A stretch of 64,000 nucleotides of DNA from Stylophora pistillata (lineage: Eukaryota), in contig NW_019218008.1 in assembly GCF_002571385.2 (NCBI RefSeq), positions 299,131 to 363,130 on the forward strand. The letters are read 5' to 3'. This document shows positions 62,496 through 64,000 of the stretch, one piece after another. The position numbers and the translations under genes are program-made. Below the pieces are notes generated by a model, which was not told where the DNA came from, did not search any database, and was given only the letters and a program-made list of their open reading frames with translations. Position 1 is the first letter of the stretch. Each line of letters begins with the position of its first letter.

Positions 62496-64000
62496 GGCGG
62501 AGTACAATAGCAGACGGGTTGAGTTTCCCTACCAAGGTAAATTGCATCATAGAATCGGCTCAGCTAAATTTCGGTAACAGAAAGCTGTCAAGCTGCTTTC
62601 AGTTCCTTTTTTTGACTTTCAAATAAGGAAGATTTTACCTGTCTCTTTGTGTCATAATCGAACTGAATCGGAAATGAAGTGTTTGTTTTCTGGCTCCAAA
62701 AATGACGATCGAAAATTGATCTTACCGCGAGAAATGTCTGTTTGTTGACCAAAGCTTTTAATTTTTTCAAAAATAGACTGACGTGATAACATAGAAAAAC
62801 AATCTGTAAAATGGTAATTTTAAATGGTAAAATAAAGGAAGTTCAAATTTAACATTGCTCTTAATTTTTAGTCGATGCTTATCCTTTTCGGGGTGAATTA
62901 GTAAATTAGAAAAAGTCCATACACAATAAAACTATGGGAAGCCCCCAAAATAATTTGTTGTGATAAGTGTGCGCAAGATAACAAAAGGTTGAAAGCTAAA
63001 ATCCGGTCAGCAATAGCATTAACAGTGCACCCTTTCATATCTTTCTAATTGGACTTTCCCCCTTTTTTTTCTTTCATGATCAAGTGCGAGACTCATTATT
63101 TAAACACAAAACCGAAATGGCCATCATAGCACCGTGCATATCATAAGCTTGAGGTGAGATACGCGCGCGTGAAAAAGTGAAATGAAGTGCGAAGTGTGAA
63201 ATGTGGAGTTTGAAGGGCGAGTGTGAATTGTGAAGATCGAGCACCATAAGTGAAACAGGAGCATAAATTTTGAGCCGCAAGTTAAGTGACGTACGAGAAT
63301 GAAGTGCTAAAAACGTGTGAAATGTGAAGCGCTTGAGACACTTAGGCGCGAAGTTTGAACTACGACTTTTGTGCATGAAACAAGAACATTTAGGAGGTGG
63401 CGTTTTTAATTCATGATAAGTTTTTCCTGATTTTTGTACTCCTCAACTATTTTTTTTAAAGACCGCTTGAAAATTTACTGTTCAGCCTCACTCTAATATG
63501 AGAATGCCATTAAAAAGAGATTCTGGTGCAAAACTGACGTTCCTATGACGTCATAGCTCATGACGTCACTTCTACCTGATCGGTGCGGATGATTTATTTC
63601 TCAAATATTTATATTAAAGAGCAGTTGAGAGATCAAAGATGGCTTTTTTTGTCGATTTTCCAAATTTTAATCCTGGAATTACCACAGAAAACAGGAAGAA
63701 ATTCATCCACCAAGACTTCTCTTCTCCACATGGAAAAATACATCGATCTACAAATAGAGAACACTTCATGATTAAAAGCCTCATTTGCACAGATAAAACT
63801 ACATTGTAGGAACAATTTCAAATGGCTAAGAACTGTATAAGTTTAAAGATAGATAGATAGTTTATTCAAATATACCTAGCAGCCTTGCGGCTGAATTTTG
63901 ATAAAAGTAAAACTGGTATCTAAGAATAATTTTCAAAGTTACTTCTATAACTGATGTAGATGTAACAGCAGCTTTTAAGAGCCTCTTAAAGTTCTTAAGC

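Overview
Eukaryotic, AT-rich, intron-containing DNA, most likely from a stony coral (inferred from gene and repeat content, not proven). Genes reconstructed by hand from splice sites: (1) the 5' part of a signal-peptide + SRCR-repeat protein (minus, runs off the left edge); (2) the 3' exons of a mucin-like single-pass membrane protein; (3) an intronless class A GPCR split by one in-frame TAG; (4) a 9-exon secreted mosaic protein, FTP/fucolectin x2 - Ig - D8C (UMOD/GP2/OIT3-like) - PAN/apple; (5) a 9-exon PAF-acetylhydrolase head-to-head with (6) a 14-exon prokaryote-like SLC6/NSS transporter; (7) eight copies of one intronless melatonin-receptor-like GPCR family, only two intact, with a recent ~3.5 kb tandem duplication, a VNTR-disrupted copy and a chimeric copy. 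Mobile DNA includes an inverted Penelope-like element with hammerhead motifs and a nested TIR element, tRNA-derived SINEs, MITEs, and a tRNA-Thr-containing element inserted as circularly permuted, inverted units with long TSDs. The strongest candidate for an unexplained system is a strand-specific DNA hairpin motif (stem - tandem GA/GA mismatch - short stem - GNA triloop) shared by several sequence-unrelated repeats, with signs of loop flipping. There is one long N gap (11788-12420) and two single-N joins (14705, 51531). All homology calls come from motif recognition; no database search was run.
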